DNA of 64,000 nt, from assembly GCF_963921235.1 (NCBI RefSeq), contig NC_086097.1, forward strand, positions 8,122,001 through 8,186,000, in the 5' to 3' direction. Numbering within the stretch: the stretch's first letter is position 1; each line of letters starts with the position of its first letter. Positions 1 through 12,471 of this stretch are shown here, one piece after another. The position numbers were made by a program, and so were the translations under genes. Source of the DNA: Mobula hypostoma (lineage: Eukaryota). Below the pieces are notes generated by a model. The model was not told where the DNA came from and searched no databases. It saw only the letters and a program-made list of their open reading frames with translations.

Positions 1-1599
1 TTTTTGACAGGGCAGAAAGCAAGCTGTCAATAATTTCAAGAAATGTTCGGCTTTTAAACTTCTGAGAAGGCGTTCGAGATTCACCAAGTGGATCAAGAAT
101 GCTGGAACCACTGAAATTATTACATGCGTGATTTTGCTTGTGTTTTCTTCAAGTTTGCTGTTGATAATCTTCACACTTAGTCAGGTCCTTGGCTTTTTGC
201 TCAATGTCTAAAAAAGTAGACCGCATAGCTTGAATATATCCATGCAAGGATTCATAGAGTGCACAAGCTATGTTCAAGTCTTGGCCCGAAGATTGCAAAG
301 AAGCACTGGTCATTTGAAAACGCTGTAATACTTGATCCCACAATATGACCATTATTCCTGTTTCCAACTTCATCATGGTTGAAGGTAGTCCATGAGCCTG
401 TTGTCGACACTCTGCCTTCTGATCATTGTTATTTGAAATGTCATCCAAGACTTGTTTTATTGCAGAAAAGCTGTGTAAAAGTGCTTTTGTTGCATCTGCA
501 CGAGCTGACCACCTGGTATCTGACCTTCTTTTCACAATGAGCAAATGAGCACCACCATCAGATAATGCAGCAGAAAGGAGATCCCACCGATAAGTAGAAG
601 CAGAAAAAAAATGTGTACAGGCTTTCTACAAATTGAAAGAAAATTAATGCTTTTTGACAACATTCAGCAGTACATTTTCCAACCAAATTTTGTGAATGTG
701 CAAAACATGGAATGTAATCCACAAACTCATTCAGCTCTTTAGTTCATGCTTGTAAGCCACAATACTTGCCACTCCTGTTGCTGGCATTGTCATAACTTTG
801 ACCACGGCAGTCTTTTATATCAACGTCATTTTCCTTTAAAAAGTCAAGCAAACTTTGAGCGAGCTGTTCAGCACTATGACCTTCTATAGAGTCCCCCGAC
901 ATGAAAACAACAGCGTTGCCAGATTGTCGTTGTTGTGGCCTGGATAAAATCACAAAGCATTGCGTTAGCAATAGGTACAAGGCAGTTACTTTATTCGACA
1001 AAACAAGGTTACAGCAGGCAGAGACCCCTGGCAGAACAGGTCTAATCGCCTTGTGATTGAGGCTCGGTATTTATTTGCTAAACACAAAGGACAGTTCACA
1101 GTTACAAGTATAGACAATTCTTTGAAGTTTTCACATCTTTTGATAAAATTCATTCTACTGGTGCCAGTATGCCTAAGCTGGCATTCATGGCCTTTAGGAA
1201 TGCAAGTTAAAATCAATAATACATTATTTGGTATGTTATGTGCTAACATAGAGGACAAATCATATTCAAAAACCATAGATATGGTGTCTTCGCAACTACC
1301 TGTAAACTTAGCATTCTTGTCTCAGAGGTGCCAGAGATGCATTGTTACAAATGAAACTGGGTTCACAGCTTTTAGGAAATGCACTGTTATGAACTCAATC
1401 CAAGTACTTTGTCAAAGAACAGAAAACAGATGGCTGAAGTCATTTATTTAAGTGTAAATGAATCGTCTACCCAAAACTCACTCTAACAGTTGTGAGAATA
1501 CGGTGAGATGCCGCTTTCACCAGACTGCAGCTTGCAAGCATTTAGTGCGGGTGGGGTGCGCGAAAAAGCTACTTTTGCTACGAGGTTAATCTGGCCCTG
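1..1599 (-). mobile_element. Decayed hAT DNA transposon (Tip100/ZMYM1-like transposase remnant), runs off the window start
   Basis: Minus-strand motifs CRGQSYDNASNRSGKYCGLQA, YIPCFAHSQNLVGK and KRRSDTRWSARADATKAL, broken by stops and frameshifts. The 5' terminus reads CAGGGCCAGATTAACC (1599-1584), typical of hAT TIRs. Confidence 0.85.
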
Positions 1600-1876
1600 A
1601 TACCCACCGACAGAGAAGGCATTGGGAGTAAACCCCAAGCCAAAATCCAGAGCTGGAGTCCCTAAGGCAGTCTAACAATGTTGACTGGGAACTCCTGCGA
1701 CGCTGCTGGTACTATACTGTATCAGTCTCTGCCATTTCTTTGGATTCATCAGATGCACGGAGAGAGGGAGCTTTCTACGTGGGCAAAAGCTTGCTCTCCA
1801 TTTTGTACTGCCGTGGCTTGTGTATCAGGACAGCTAGGACACAACATCCATGGTCAACTCTGAGCGACGGAGACCT
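1600..1876 (+). mobile_element. Short RTE-derived non-autonomous element (type A), 3' portion, cut by the hAT insertion
   Basis: aaatccagagctggagtccctaaggcagtc also occurs, inverted, in the RTE 5' UTR at ~32050-32080, with a similar copy at ~28678-28704. The end tccatggtc...acggagacc resembles the RTE tail tccatggtc...acggatgcc. Confidence 0.7.
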
Positions 1877-2129
1877 GACATATGTATAAGATGCTGGGAC
1901 GTGACAGGTGAGATAAGGTGAGGAAGAAGGTGGGTGGCTGAGGGGGAATATAAAAAGCATGGGAGTGATAGGTGAAAGAGGTAAAGGACTACAGCAGAAG
2001 GAATCTAAAAGGAGAGGACAATAGACCATGGAATAAAGGGAAGGGGGTAGGTAATTACTGTAACACTTGCAGAATATTCCCAATCTGTGGTTCCCTCAGA
2101 CAACAGACTTATCCTGGGAATCACCACAG

Positions 2130-2460
2130 GAAAATTCTTACCTTTGTTTGGCACTCTTTCCAACTTGATGGTGTTCCAAATAATTCAAACACAATTAAAT
2201 ATTTTTGAAATGTATTTACTGTTATAAAATGCAGCAGGCTGTTTGACACAACAAGCTTCCGAAACTCTAAGATATCATTAGTGATGTCCTTTGAAGGAAA
2301 AATATTGACCAGAATACTGAGAGTAAGACAAAATGTTACTGTTTTTTTTTTCCAGACACCTGCAAACTCAGAAGGGATGTGGTGCAGGGTTTAATGTTGC
2401 ATCCAAAAATGGCAACTATAATTAAGGTACCAGCCTAGATTTTCAAAAAAATGTCCCTCA
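2130..2460 (-). mobile_element. Highly decayed Deu-domain-like SINE
   Basis: Recognised resemblance to the SacSINE1/AmnSINE Deu core (aaaaatattgaccagaatac; gctgtttgacacaacaagcttcc). Very diverged. Confidence 0.4.
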
Positions 2461-2484
2461 GAGGGAGTGTGGAAAAAAGTCGAA

Positions 2485-3710
2485 TAGATACATAGAACGT
2501 AGAACATCAAACTTCGACCAGTACATCATAGGAACAGGCCCTTCAGCCCACAATATTGTGTCCAACCAATTAAATTAGTAACCAGTTGTCACCTAAACTA
2601 ATCCCTCTGCCTATACAATTTCCATATCCTTCCATTTTCCTTGCATTCATATGCCGATCTAAACGTCCTTGAAGAGCCTGTAATGCTTCTACCTCTATCA
2701 GGAATTCCTAGAGATGCTGCCTGGCCTGCTGCGTTCACCAGCAACTTTTATGTGTGTTGCTTGAATTTCCAGCATCTGCAGAATTCCTGTTGTTTGCAAA
2801 AACAATTTTGTGTCAAAAACTTGCCCTCACATCTCATTGAAATTACCTCCTCTCATGTTAAATGCTTTCCCTCTGGTCATTTCAATCGCTGGAAAAAGGT
2901 ATCATCTGTCTACACTATCTCTGCCTCTCATGATCTTATAAATCTCCATCAGATCTCCCTTCAGTCTCTGCCGCTCCAGAGAAAACAACCCAGGTTTGTT
3001 CAGCATCTTGTTATAGCACATGCCCTCTAATCCAGGCAGTCTCCTGATAAATCTCTTGGAGTTACAGAGTCATAAAGAGCACGGCACAGAATTAGGCCAT
3101 TTGGCCCTTCTAGACCGGGCCAAGCTATTTGAACGGTCTATTCCCATTGATCTGCACTGGCTCAATAGCCCTCCATACCCCTACTATTCATGTACCTATC
3201 TAAACTTCACACCACTTGCTGTGGCAGCTCATTCCACACTCTCATAAACCTCCGAGTGATGAAGTTTCCCCTCATGTTCCCTTTAAACTTATCACCTTTC
3301 ATCCAGTTGTAGTCCTACCCAGCCTCAGTGGAAAAAGCCTCTTCGACACTCTCTCCAGAGCCTCAACATCCTTCCTGTAATGAGGCAACCAGAACTGTAT
3401 GCAATACTCCAGGTGCAGCCTAACTAGAGTTTTATAAAGCTGAAATAAAACTTGCTAACTTTTGAATTCAATGTCTTGACTAGTAAAGGCCAACGTGCCA
3501 TATGCATTCTTAACCACCCTATCAACCTGTGAGGCACTTTCAGGGAGCTATGAACTTGGACCCCAAGCTCCCTCTGTTCATCAACACTGTTAAGGATCTT
3601 GCCCTAACAGTGTACTTTCCCTTTAGTATTCTGACCTACCAAAGGTGCGACACTTCACATTTAGCTGGTTAAACTCCATCTGCCAGTTCTCCATCCATAT
3701 CTGCAACTAA
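2485..3710 (-). mobile_element. Nested CR1 LINE 3' fragments (second CR1 tail at ~3060-3340; Penelope-like piece at ~2700-2795)
   Basis: Inverted CR1 3' UTR tails (catagaac..., ggcccttcagccc) and ORF2 C-terminal sequence (accagaactgtatgcaatactccaggtg encodes HLEYCIQFW on minus). Confidence 0.8.
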
Positions 3711-3779
3711 TATGATTGACGTCCCACAAAGTATCAACTACTCTGTTTCCTAGCATGAAGCTTCTATACTGAAGTGTCA

Positions 3780-4290
3780 GAGTCGGGATCACTTTACTGC
3801 CAGTATGTGAAACACATTAGAATTGATTGTAGTTCTCTGCCAGACATAAAACACAGAACAATTCTGAAACAGACAACACAATAGCAACTAACAATTTACA
3901 AGACAGTAACGAAAACAGCCAGGAGCAATCAAGAATTAGCAGAACGGGCACATGCACAAATGTCAAAACCGAACGTAAGTAGATGTGAACATATGAACAG
4001 AATTATCAACAGAACAAAGACAGCATGAAAGATCATTTAACGGATGTTGGGCAGGGATGGTTAGGGTATTATGCCTGAGTGAGATTTGTTGAGAAGCTGG
4101 ATAGCTAAAGGAAAGAAGCTTTGGAGGTGACATGTAGTCCTGGTGGTGACAGACTCGTAACATCTCTCTGATGGCAATCTGGTGAATAGGTGATTTGATT
4201 CGTGAGTGGAGTCGGAAGTAATTTTCTCAGCTCCTTTCTTCACTCTGGCAGTGAACAGGTCTTTTAGTGTCAGGTAAGAGGTTTTCCTCA
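3780..4290 (-). mobile_element. Rex1/Babar-type LINE 3' fragment
   Basis: ORF 4061-4243 KITSDSTHESNHLFTRLPSERCY...SFFPLAIQLLN matches the Rex1/Babar C-terminal pattern (DxxHPxxxLFxxLPSGRR...SFFPxAIRLLN). Confidence 0.75.
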
Positions 4291-4594
4291 GTTTTCATGT
4301 AAAAGCAAGGATAAGTTGTCTTAATGAAACAAAATTGAGTAAAATTTTCTTTTGTTTTACAGTAGCTGTAATAAAGCTAAAAGGGCAATACATAGAACCT
4401 AATAAAGATATGAAAATGTCGGTGGTATATTTTTATAAAGTACGTGTCATTTCCTGAGCCGCAAGTGCAGACAGTTTGTATAAACACAAAGAATTATCAT
4501 GCTTGTTTGGATAGTTAAATATTACAGCACTTCACAGTTGAGATTTAGGGCTACCAATGTGAGGAAAGAAATGTTCATGGAGAATGGGCAACTC

Positions 4595-5132
4595 ACAGAA
4601 AATACAGGAGCAACAAAACAGGCCAGGCAGCATCTATGGAAGTCAGTTATACTCTTGGTAGGCTTCAACCTGATGGCATGAACATTAATTTCTCCAACCG
4701 TCAGTAATTTTCCCCCTCTCCCTACCCTCTCCTTCAATTCTTCACTCTGGACTCTTAAATCTTCTCCTCACCTGCCTATCACCTTCCCCTGGTGCCACTC
4801 CTTCTTCCCTTTCTCCCATGGTCCACTTTCCTCTCCTATCAGATTCCTTCTTCTTCATCCCTTTGCCTTTTCCACCCATCACCTCCCAGCCTCTTACTTC
4901 ATCCCACCCCACCCTCGTGGCTTCACCTATAACCTTCCAGCTTGTACTCCATAACCTCCTGACTATCTTATTCTGTTTTCTTCCCCCTTTCTTTTCAGAC
5001 CTGAGGAAGTGCCTTGCCCCAAAACCAAGACTGCTTATTCATTTCCAGAGATGCTGCCTGACCTGCTGAGTTACTCCAGTATTTTGTGTATGTTTCTCTG
5101 GATCTCCAGCATCTGCAGAAACTCTTGTGTTC
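4595..5132 (+). mobile_element. Penelope-like element 3' fragment
   Basis: LGRLQPDGMNINFS (GIY-YIG C-terminus), pyrimidine-rich UTR, then the pLTR end gatgctgcctgacctgctgagttactccag...ccagcatctgcag. Confidence 0.7.
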
Positions 5133-5287
5133 ATGGAGAATGAACATTCTTTTTTTGTGTGTATGATTGAATCCTACAATAAATAACTCAAATTATTGCA
5201 TCAAATAGAAACAGAACTTTTTGTATTTCAATGGTGTGGGATCGCAAAACTCTCCGCAATCTTAAAAAGATGATTTTTTTAATTATG

Positions 5288-5848
5288 AAGGTGACACTTG
5301 TAAGGAAGTGTAAGGTGCTCCTTCCCTCTACTAGTCTGCAGGTCATCATTGAACAAGGTGTAGCATTTGCTTAGTCCCCCCAGTCAGGGTCATGTGAAGT
5401 CATGGGAGCAGGTGGTGGATGGTCATATGAGCAGCTGGTGTAGATCACAAATCCTGGTTATGTGGCCATTGATGCCAGGTAGACAATCTCTGAAGAGCAT
5501 TAATAATGGTTGGGGTCACCCATCTTGTAAAGTCACAGCCCAGAAGAAGGCAGAAGGGTGGGGAATTTGTGGAATTTATTACAACAGGAAGCTGTGGAGG
5601 CCAGGTCGTTGGGTGCATTTAAGGTGAAGATTTGATGGCTGAGGCATCAAAGGTTGCGGGGGGAAGGGTGGGGAGTGGGGCTGAGGAGGGTAAAAAAAAG
5701 GATCAGCCATGATTGAGTGGTGGAGCTGACTCGATGTACCAAATGGTCTAAACTACTCCTGTAGAAAAATTTGCCAGGAACAATCATGGTCATGGAAAGA
5801 CTACGATCACCCACATCACACAACATGGCACATAACGAGTGAGCGATA
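5288..5848 (+). mobile_element. Short RTE/BovB-like non-autonomous element (type B) with a CR1 tail inserted at ~5552-5760
   Basis: Aligns with copies at 18022-18380 and 52930-53305. BovB-like tail gaagaaggca...aaatttgccaggaacaatcatggtc. Confidence 0.75.
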
Positions 5849-6096
5849 TTTGTAAAATTAAGAAAAAAATTAAATAAAAATTCATACAGTAGTGTAGTGG
5901 CTTCACTAATAGTTGAGAGCATGGAGGTACCTTGATGCACAATATCCCCCTCTCCTGTCCAGGATTATCCTCTCCCATGAATATGCACTGATAGGCAACA
6001 ACCTCTTTCATGCCTGATGATATATCCTCCTCTGTAGGACTATATTATGTACTCAGTCCACACTACATCACTGCCTCTATCCACACAATTCCCTTT

Positions 6097-6146
6097 CTTT
6101 TAATATCCACTCTTTTAATATCCACTCCTTTAATATCCACTCCTTT
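6097..6146. repeat. 15-bp tandem repeat x3
   Basis: Unit (T/C)TTTAATATCCACTC, read directly. Confidence 0.9.
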
Positions 6147-6391
6147 GTCAGGACAAAATCCACTTCCACACAATATCTCTTCAGCTTTTCCAAGGGCTGG
6201 ACAATATTTCCTCTGTTGTCCCGGCAACATCATTGCCCCTATCCAAACACCAGTGTTCTTGCCACATTGGAGCTATATTTAATGATGTCACATTGTTGAA
6301 AGGCAGTAAAATATTTTGCTTATGGTGAAACCATCTGTTGGGTGGAGGGGTGGGGAGAAAGATGTTGTCTTATCTAATCTGACCTTGAGTA

Positions 6392-6640
6392 GTTCACTCA
6401 CTTACTTACTTAAGTCCGTCACTCCTACTGGGGCATAGACTGCCAATGGCAACTTGCCAGAGTCCTCTGCTTTGGGCCAGTCTTTCAAGTTGCTCCTGGG
6501 TATAGCCCAGCTTCCTCTCCCAGGGATGAGTTCCTTGGAGGTTCTGTTGACATCTCTTGAGCTCTGGGAAATTACGAGATGGGTTTGTTCACCCCATGCT
6601 CAACACCTCCTCCTTTTGCAGCCGGCTTGGGGCTGTTCAT
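6392..6640 (-). mobile_element. Short RTE-type SINE-like element (type C) with (TAAG)n tail
   Basis: Reverse complement matches 26135-26320 (gcaacttgaaagactggcc...ctatgcc). The tail appears here as cttacttacttaag. Confidence 0.65.
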
Positions 6641-7748
6641 AGTGGTGTTTTCCAAGTATCTGTCCTGCACAAAACTGATACTGTGTTTTTGTTTGCATTT
6701 AATTATCCATTCACTTTCCTTAATTGGCAGAATTGACTCTAGTTCACACTAGCTGTTTAAAGTTTTCTAATTGTGTGCGGGGGGAGGTATCAAATACATT
6801 TGTTATCAACCATCCGAACTACACATCTCCTGAATTATTTCCAGCAGTTAGATATGGTCAGCAAACTCACAATCCAAAGAAAAGAGTTACCACTGGGGCT
6901 ATGGGAGAGAGAGAAAAATGTAGCTTTTGTCTGTGATTTATAACTATGAGACACTAGCCTATCAGAGTACACAGAGCGCAGTTATGTTTCACACTGTGAG
7001 GGTGGGAAATTGGAAATTTATATTGCAATTGACCATTATGTTGACACGCACATACTCTCATGACACACTTTAGGGAAAGCATTCTATCTTGAGAATCTGA
7101 AAAGGTGGGGAATAAATGAAAAAAACACAATTTAACTTAAAGTGATATCAAGCTGCTTAATATTACCGTTAGATCCTGGTTAAACTGAGGTAATGTCTGG
7201 ATTGGAGCAGTGACATTGTCTAGGTGGAGAAGTGATGCTGTCTAGACAGAACGGGGATATTGCTATGAGATCTTGTTCCATAACAGAAGATATTGTCTGG
7301 ATGAGGGAGACAATATTGCCCCAATGGGGGAAGTGATTTTGTTGTGAAACTGGGAGGCAAGTACATAACAGACAGAGGAGGAGAGCATTTTTGGGTGGAG
7401 CTTTTGATATTGTCTTGGACAGACACAGTGATATAGAGCGCAAACATACTTGCACTTATGACAATAAATCTCGACTGACTTTGTCTTTGAAAGGGGCAGT
7501 GATGTTTTCCGGACGGTACAGTGACATAATCTGGTCCAAGAGTGTTGGCTTGACTGGGGCAATGATATCTGCAAAGAGGCAATGAATTTCTCCAGACTGG
7601 AGAGAGATTGTCCTGCCAAGAGTAGTGTCTGCTTGTGACAGTGCTGCTGCAGAGGCAGTGTAGGAACTGTGATATATCCAGATGAGAGATTATTCCAAAG
7701 CCTTTAGTGCAAGGTGTTTTCCCCTTTTGTAAATACACTGAATATAGG

Positions 7749-8372
7749 CGGGAGGAGAAGATGGCAGCGCGACCCAGCACGCGCAGCTCTCCGGTAAAAT
7801 TATATCGTATCTGTTAAATAGGGGCCATGGACAATTCAGATTTGATGAAGACAGACGTGAGAAGCAGAGGAACATCTGGAGAAATTTCTGAAATGCCTGG
7901 TTTGCTGCTGTTGTTACTGTGCAATCGTGAATCTTCGGAGGGTAGGCCAGAAAATCCCCGGCTTTGCCTGCTGCTGGCGACTGAGGCTGAGGTCGAAACG
8001 TTCGGATAGAGATGGTGCTCGGTACTCGGTGTCGGAGGGCTGATCGGAGGCTCGAAGTTTTCAGACGACTCAGAGTCGGACTGTGGGCGGGCATGGCAGG
8101 GAGCGTTTTCTTCCTTCTCCCATCTGCGTGAGATGCGGGACATTCGAGAGACTTTGAACTTTTTACTGTGCCATGGCCTGTTCTTCATCAAGTTATGGTA
8201 TTGTTGCACTGTTGTAACTATATGTTATAATTATGTGTTTTTTATTAGTTTTTCAGTCTTAGTCTGTCCTGTGTTTTTGCGATATCACACCGGAGGAATA
8301 TTGTATCATTTCTTAATACATGCATTACTAAATGACAATAAAAGAGGACTGCGTGTCCTCATAATCTAATCA
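7749..8372 (+). mobile_element. ~620-bp non-autonomous retroposon with a 3' stem-loop and (TAATC)n tail
   Basis: Starts gaagatggcagcg and ends aatgacaataaaa-GAGGAC tgcgt GTCCTC-ataatctaatc. Second copy at 43610-44248. Confidence 0.75.
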
Positions 8373-8429
8373 TTTGTTCCCTCAGTTCAACATTAAATAT
8401 GACACATTGTTTATTTTAAACGTACAATT

Positions 8430-8980
8430 TTATGGGCAGGTATTTTTGTAGGGTTTCTGATAACTGGTGGACATCTGTCTTAACCCATGATGATAACCTG
8501 TGCGGGAGAGTTTTTAAAGTGGAAAAGCCACTGCACTGGGGCGGTTCCACTCTCTCAAACTCAGAAGTCCAGGTCAAGTGGTACGAGCAGTCAACACAAA
8601 CTGGTGTCTTCTTTGCTTGACATGGATGACCATGACTTCGGTGCCTCATTATGCCCTTCCACAGAACGTTTCAGTTACCGCCTTCCTGGCCATTGGATCT
8701 CACTGTAGATCTCATCCACCCAGTCCACCAGAGCTAACTTTGCCTGCTGGAGCAGGGATCCCTCTGGCTCACCAGAATATAAAGTCCATCGGCCGCCCTC
8801 ATCTGGTTTAGCCCACCTGCCGAAGCAGTGTAGCGAGTTATGGCTGCTGTCGCATGCAAACAACTGCTTGGATCACGGGTGAGAGCTGAGTGACCGGTGG
8901 GGTCCAAAAGTGAGTAAGCTGCCCTGGAATGGACAGACAAGCCCCTTCACCAGCGGTGCAACCCCTCCCTGAACACCCCC
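8430..8980 (-). mobile_element. Probable SINE-like element derived from a non-LTR (RTE-type) 5' UTR
   Basis: GC-rich non-coding block with an RTE-leader-like start (ggtgaaggggcttgtctgtcc...cagctctcacc). Single copy here, so assignment is by resemblance only. Confidence 0.35.
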
Positions 8981-9009
8981 ATACATGCCTAACAACTAAC
9001 AAAACCTCA

Positions 9010-9828
9010 TGTCCTTCTACAGATGTGCAGTAAAGAACATCCTAACAAGCTGCGTCACTGCATCATATGGAAAAGGCACTGCAGGTGGACAGTTAGAATC
9101 CTCAGTGGGTAGTCAAAACGGCCCAACGCATCACTGGCATCAGCCTACCCGCCATCGAGGATATTTATCCAAACCCTGGTCATGAACTGCTTATCCCATT
9201 GCTATAATGGAGGAGGCTACGTAACATGCAGACCAGGACCACCAGACTCAAAAACAGTTACTTTCCCCAAGCAGTGCGGCCTCACCCATTAACTCCACCA
9301 CTACTTTATTATTTCCCATCAGTCACCCTATGTGCAGTCTAGTGCCACTTAATGGACATACAATCAATCTATGTGTAGAACCTTGTGTCTTAGTCAAACG
9401 CATATGTAACCTGGCTGCCTGAGACTTGTACAGTACTGTGTCTACTAAATATTCACCAATATCAACAAAAACCTAAGACTCACAGATACTGCTGTTTCAA
9501 AGGCAAATAAAGAGAGGATGGAGATGGATGTCTTTCCATTGCGTGCTTCAAATCAAATCAAAATTAACCCACACAGAAAATGATATAAAAAAAACAGCTT
9601 CCAGTACTGTGCAAGTCTTAGGCACCGAGGCTATATGCACATATATACACACACAGTATATGTGCCTAAGACTTTTGCACAGTGCTGTATTTATATTTAT
9701 GGTATGTTTTATTATTATTGTTGTTGCGTTCATTACTTATGTTTTTTTTGTGCTGAATCTGATACAGAATAATAATTATTTTGTTCTCCTTATACTTGTG
9801 TACAGGAAATGACATTAAACTATCTTAA
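9010..9828 (+). mobile_element. Decayed Rex1/Babar fragment and tail, containing a MITE hairpin at 9602-9687
   Basis: FYRCAVKNILTSCVTASYG...VVKTAQRITGISLPAIEDIY; tail ggaaatgacattaaac. Confidence 0.7.
9602..9687. mobile_element. Solo palindromic terminus of a Tc1/mariner-type MITE
   Basis: cagtactgtgcaagtcttaggcac ... gtgcctaagacttttgcacagtgctg-TA. Confidence 0.75.
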
Positions 9829-10704
9829 ACAAATCCAGCGTTCAAATGGTTAATGATTACTTTGAGTCCATTTGGCAATCAGACTTCCAATTGCTGTCAC
9901 AGCACTCCTGAAATATGGATTGAGTGCAAGTGCAGGGTGATGCATGTGAGCTTTGGTTTCGTAAACTTAAGGTCCTTGTGTCTGTACTTTTCCCAGACAT
10001 CAGGGCTCCCCACCCACAACTTGGCAGGAGAAAAAAGCCCTGATGTTGATACCACTGATGATTTATGGAGCTGTCAACATTCTGGCTGCTTGGTTAATTG
10101 AGCTCTATTTCATCACATAAACTATCTTAAAAGTGCAACCAATGTTCTTATCGTTAGGTAGAGCATATAATAATTTTATTAAATTCGGGTTACATTTGCG
10201 ACCGCAACACACAAAGCTCTCTGCTGCAGTAACATTTGCTGTGGTATTTCCTATTCTAGTTTCCCAGAGTTACTTTCTACTTCCAAATGTTTCGTTTGAA
10301 AAGCACATAAAACCAGGAAAAGGAGCATAAAAATGTTATTTTTCTCTCTCTCTCTAGCACTAACTCTTCTTGTAGATCAGAAGACCAGAAGATACAGGAA
10401 CAGAATTGGGCCATTCAGGCCATCGAGTCTGTTCCACCATTGTATCATGGTTGATTTATTATCCCTCTCAACCCCACTCTCCAGCCTTCTTCCCATGACC
10501 TTTAATGCTCATACTAATCAAGAACCTATCAACCTGCACTTTAGATATGTCCAATGACAATGAATTCCACAGTTTCACCACTTTCGGGCTGAAGAAATCC
10601 CTCCTCACCTCTGTTCTGAACGGATGTCTCTCTATTCTGAGGCTGTGCCCTCTGATACTAGGTTCCCTCACTATAAGAAACATCCTCTCCACATCCACTC
10701 TATT

Positions 10705-11992
10705 GTCGCCAGTACAGTCTTCTATGTGGTGGTGTGCTGGGGCAATGGCATCAACATGGGTGATGCAAACAGGCTCAATAAACTGATTAGAAAGGCTGGC
10801 TCTGCTATTGGAGTCAAACTGGACACACTGGGGGCTGTGGTAGAACAAAGGACCCTAAGGAAAATACTGGCAATTCTGGACAATGTTTCACACCCTCTGC
10901 TTGCCACCTGAGCTGGACGGAGGAGCACTTTTAGTAATAGACTAAGTCAACTGCTCTGCTCCAAAGAGCACTATAAGACCCATAAGACACTGGAACAGAA
11001 TTAGGCCATTCAGCCCACTAAGTCTGCTCCACCATTCTGTCATGGTTAATCTCAGATCCCACCTAAACCCATACACCTGCTTTCTTACCATATCCTTTGA
11101 TATCCTGACCGATCAGGAAATGATCATGTTCTCCCTTAAATATATACACGGACTTGACTTGCACTGCAGTCTGTGGCAGAGCATTCCACAGATTTGCTGT
11201 TCTCTCGCTAAAAAAAATTCCTCCTTACCTCTGTTCTGAATGGTCACCCCTCAGTTTTGAGGCTTTGCCCTCTAGTTCTGGATACCTCCACCATAGGAAA
11301 CATCCTCTCCACATCCATCCTATATAGTCCTTTCAACATTCAGTAGGTTTCAATGAGATCCCTCTGCATTTTTCTAAATTCTAGTGAGTACAGGCCTAAA
11401 GCTGCCAAATGCTCCTAATATGGTAACCCCTTCATTCCCAGAATCATCCTCACAAACCTCTTCTGAACTCTCTGCAATGACAACATATCCTTTTTGAGAT
11501 ATGGGGCCCAGAGCTCCAAAATGCAGCCTGATTAGTGCCTTATAAAGGCTCAGCATTATCTCCTTGCTTTTATATTCTATTCCTCTTGAAATAAATGCCA
11601 ACATTGCATTTGCTTTCTTTACCACAGACTCAACCTGTAAATGAACCTGCTGGGAGTCTTGCATAAGGACTCATAAGTCCCTCTGCACCTCTGATGCTTA
11701 AACCTTCTCTCTATTTATATAATAGTCCACACTATAGTACCTTTTACCGAAATGTATTATCATACATTTTCCATTTAAGAGACCAATCTTACCCTCAGCC
11801 ATTAGGCTCTATAATGAGTCAACCTATAGCTGGGGAAGTGATGATTCCCTCCTGTTAGACTTATTTTTTATTCTTTCTACTTCTCTTCCAATATTTTTAT
11901 CTGTGCACTTGTAATGCTACTGTGACACTGTAATTTCCTTTGGGATTAATAAAGTATCTATCTATCTATCTATTTATGTATGTATCTATCTA
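10705..11992 (+). mobile_element. Rex1/Babar 3' fragment with (TATC)n tail, split by a CR1
   Basis: VASTVFYVVVCWGNGINMGDANRLNKLIRKAGS...ILDNVSHPL; resumes at ~11778; ends aataaagtatctatctatc. Confidence 0.85.
10975..11775 (-). mobile_element. CR1 3' fragment nested in the Rex1
   Basis: QVESVVKKANAMLAFISRGIEYKSKEIMLSLYKALIRLH; inverted tail ataagacccataagac. Confidence 0.85.
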
Positions 11993-12256
11993 TTTTTCTA
12001 GGCCTTTCAAAATTCGATTGGTTTCAAATTCACCCTCTCCCCCCTCCTCCATTCTGTGAACTCCAGCAAGTACAGAACCCAAGCCATCAAATGCTCCTCA
12101 TATGTTAACCTTTTCATTCCCAGAACCATTCTTGAGAACCTACTTTAGACCTTCTCCAAAGCCAGCACATCTTTCCTTCAATAACGGGTCCAAAACTGCT
12201 TACTGTACTCCAAGTGTATTTTGACCAATGCCATATAAAGTCTCTACATTATATCA

Positions 12257-12471
12257 GAGCATCACATGCAAAATGTTGGAGGAACTCAGCAGGCCAGGCA
12301 CATTCATGGAAAAAGTACAGTCGACGTTTTGAGCCGAAACACTTCAGCAGGACTGGTTTCAGCCTAAAACGTCAACTGTACTTTTTTCCATAGATGTTGC
12401 CTAGCATGTTGATTTCGTTCAGTATTTTGTGTGTGTTGCTTGGATTTCCAGCATCTGCAGATCTTCTCTTG
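12257..12471. mobile_element. Short palindromic Penelope-pLTR insertion
   Basis: Inverted then direct pLTR halves; flanking direct repeat cattatatca at 12247-12256 and 12477-12486. Confidence 0.8.

Noticed and set aside
149..1001. Host ZMYM1-like or domesticated transposase gene
   Set aside because: Stops, frameshifts, an apparent internal deletion and a retained TIR indicate a transposon fossil.
7180..7780. Overlapping 91-186-aa ORFs, with ISQFLHCLCSS faintly like a Penelope RT C-terminal motif
   Set aside because: Similarity is too weak to call without a search.
9997..10046. Perfect 11-bp inverted repeat ACATCAGGGCT/AGCCCTGATGT just after an acceptor-like site
   Set aside because: About one such stem is expected by chance in 64 kb; there is no recognisable ncRNA motif or peptide.
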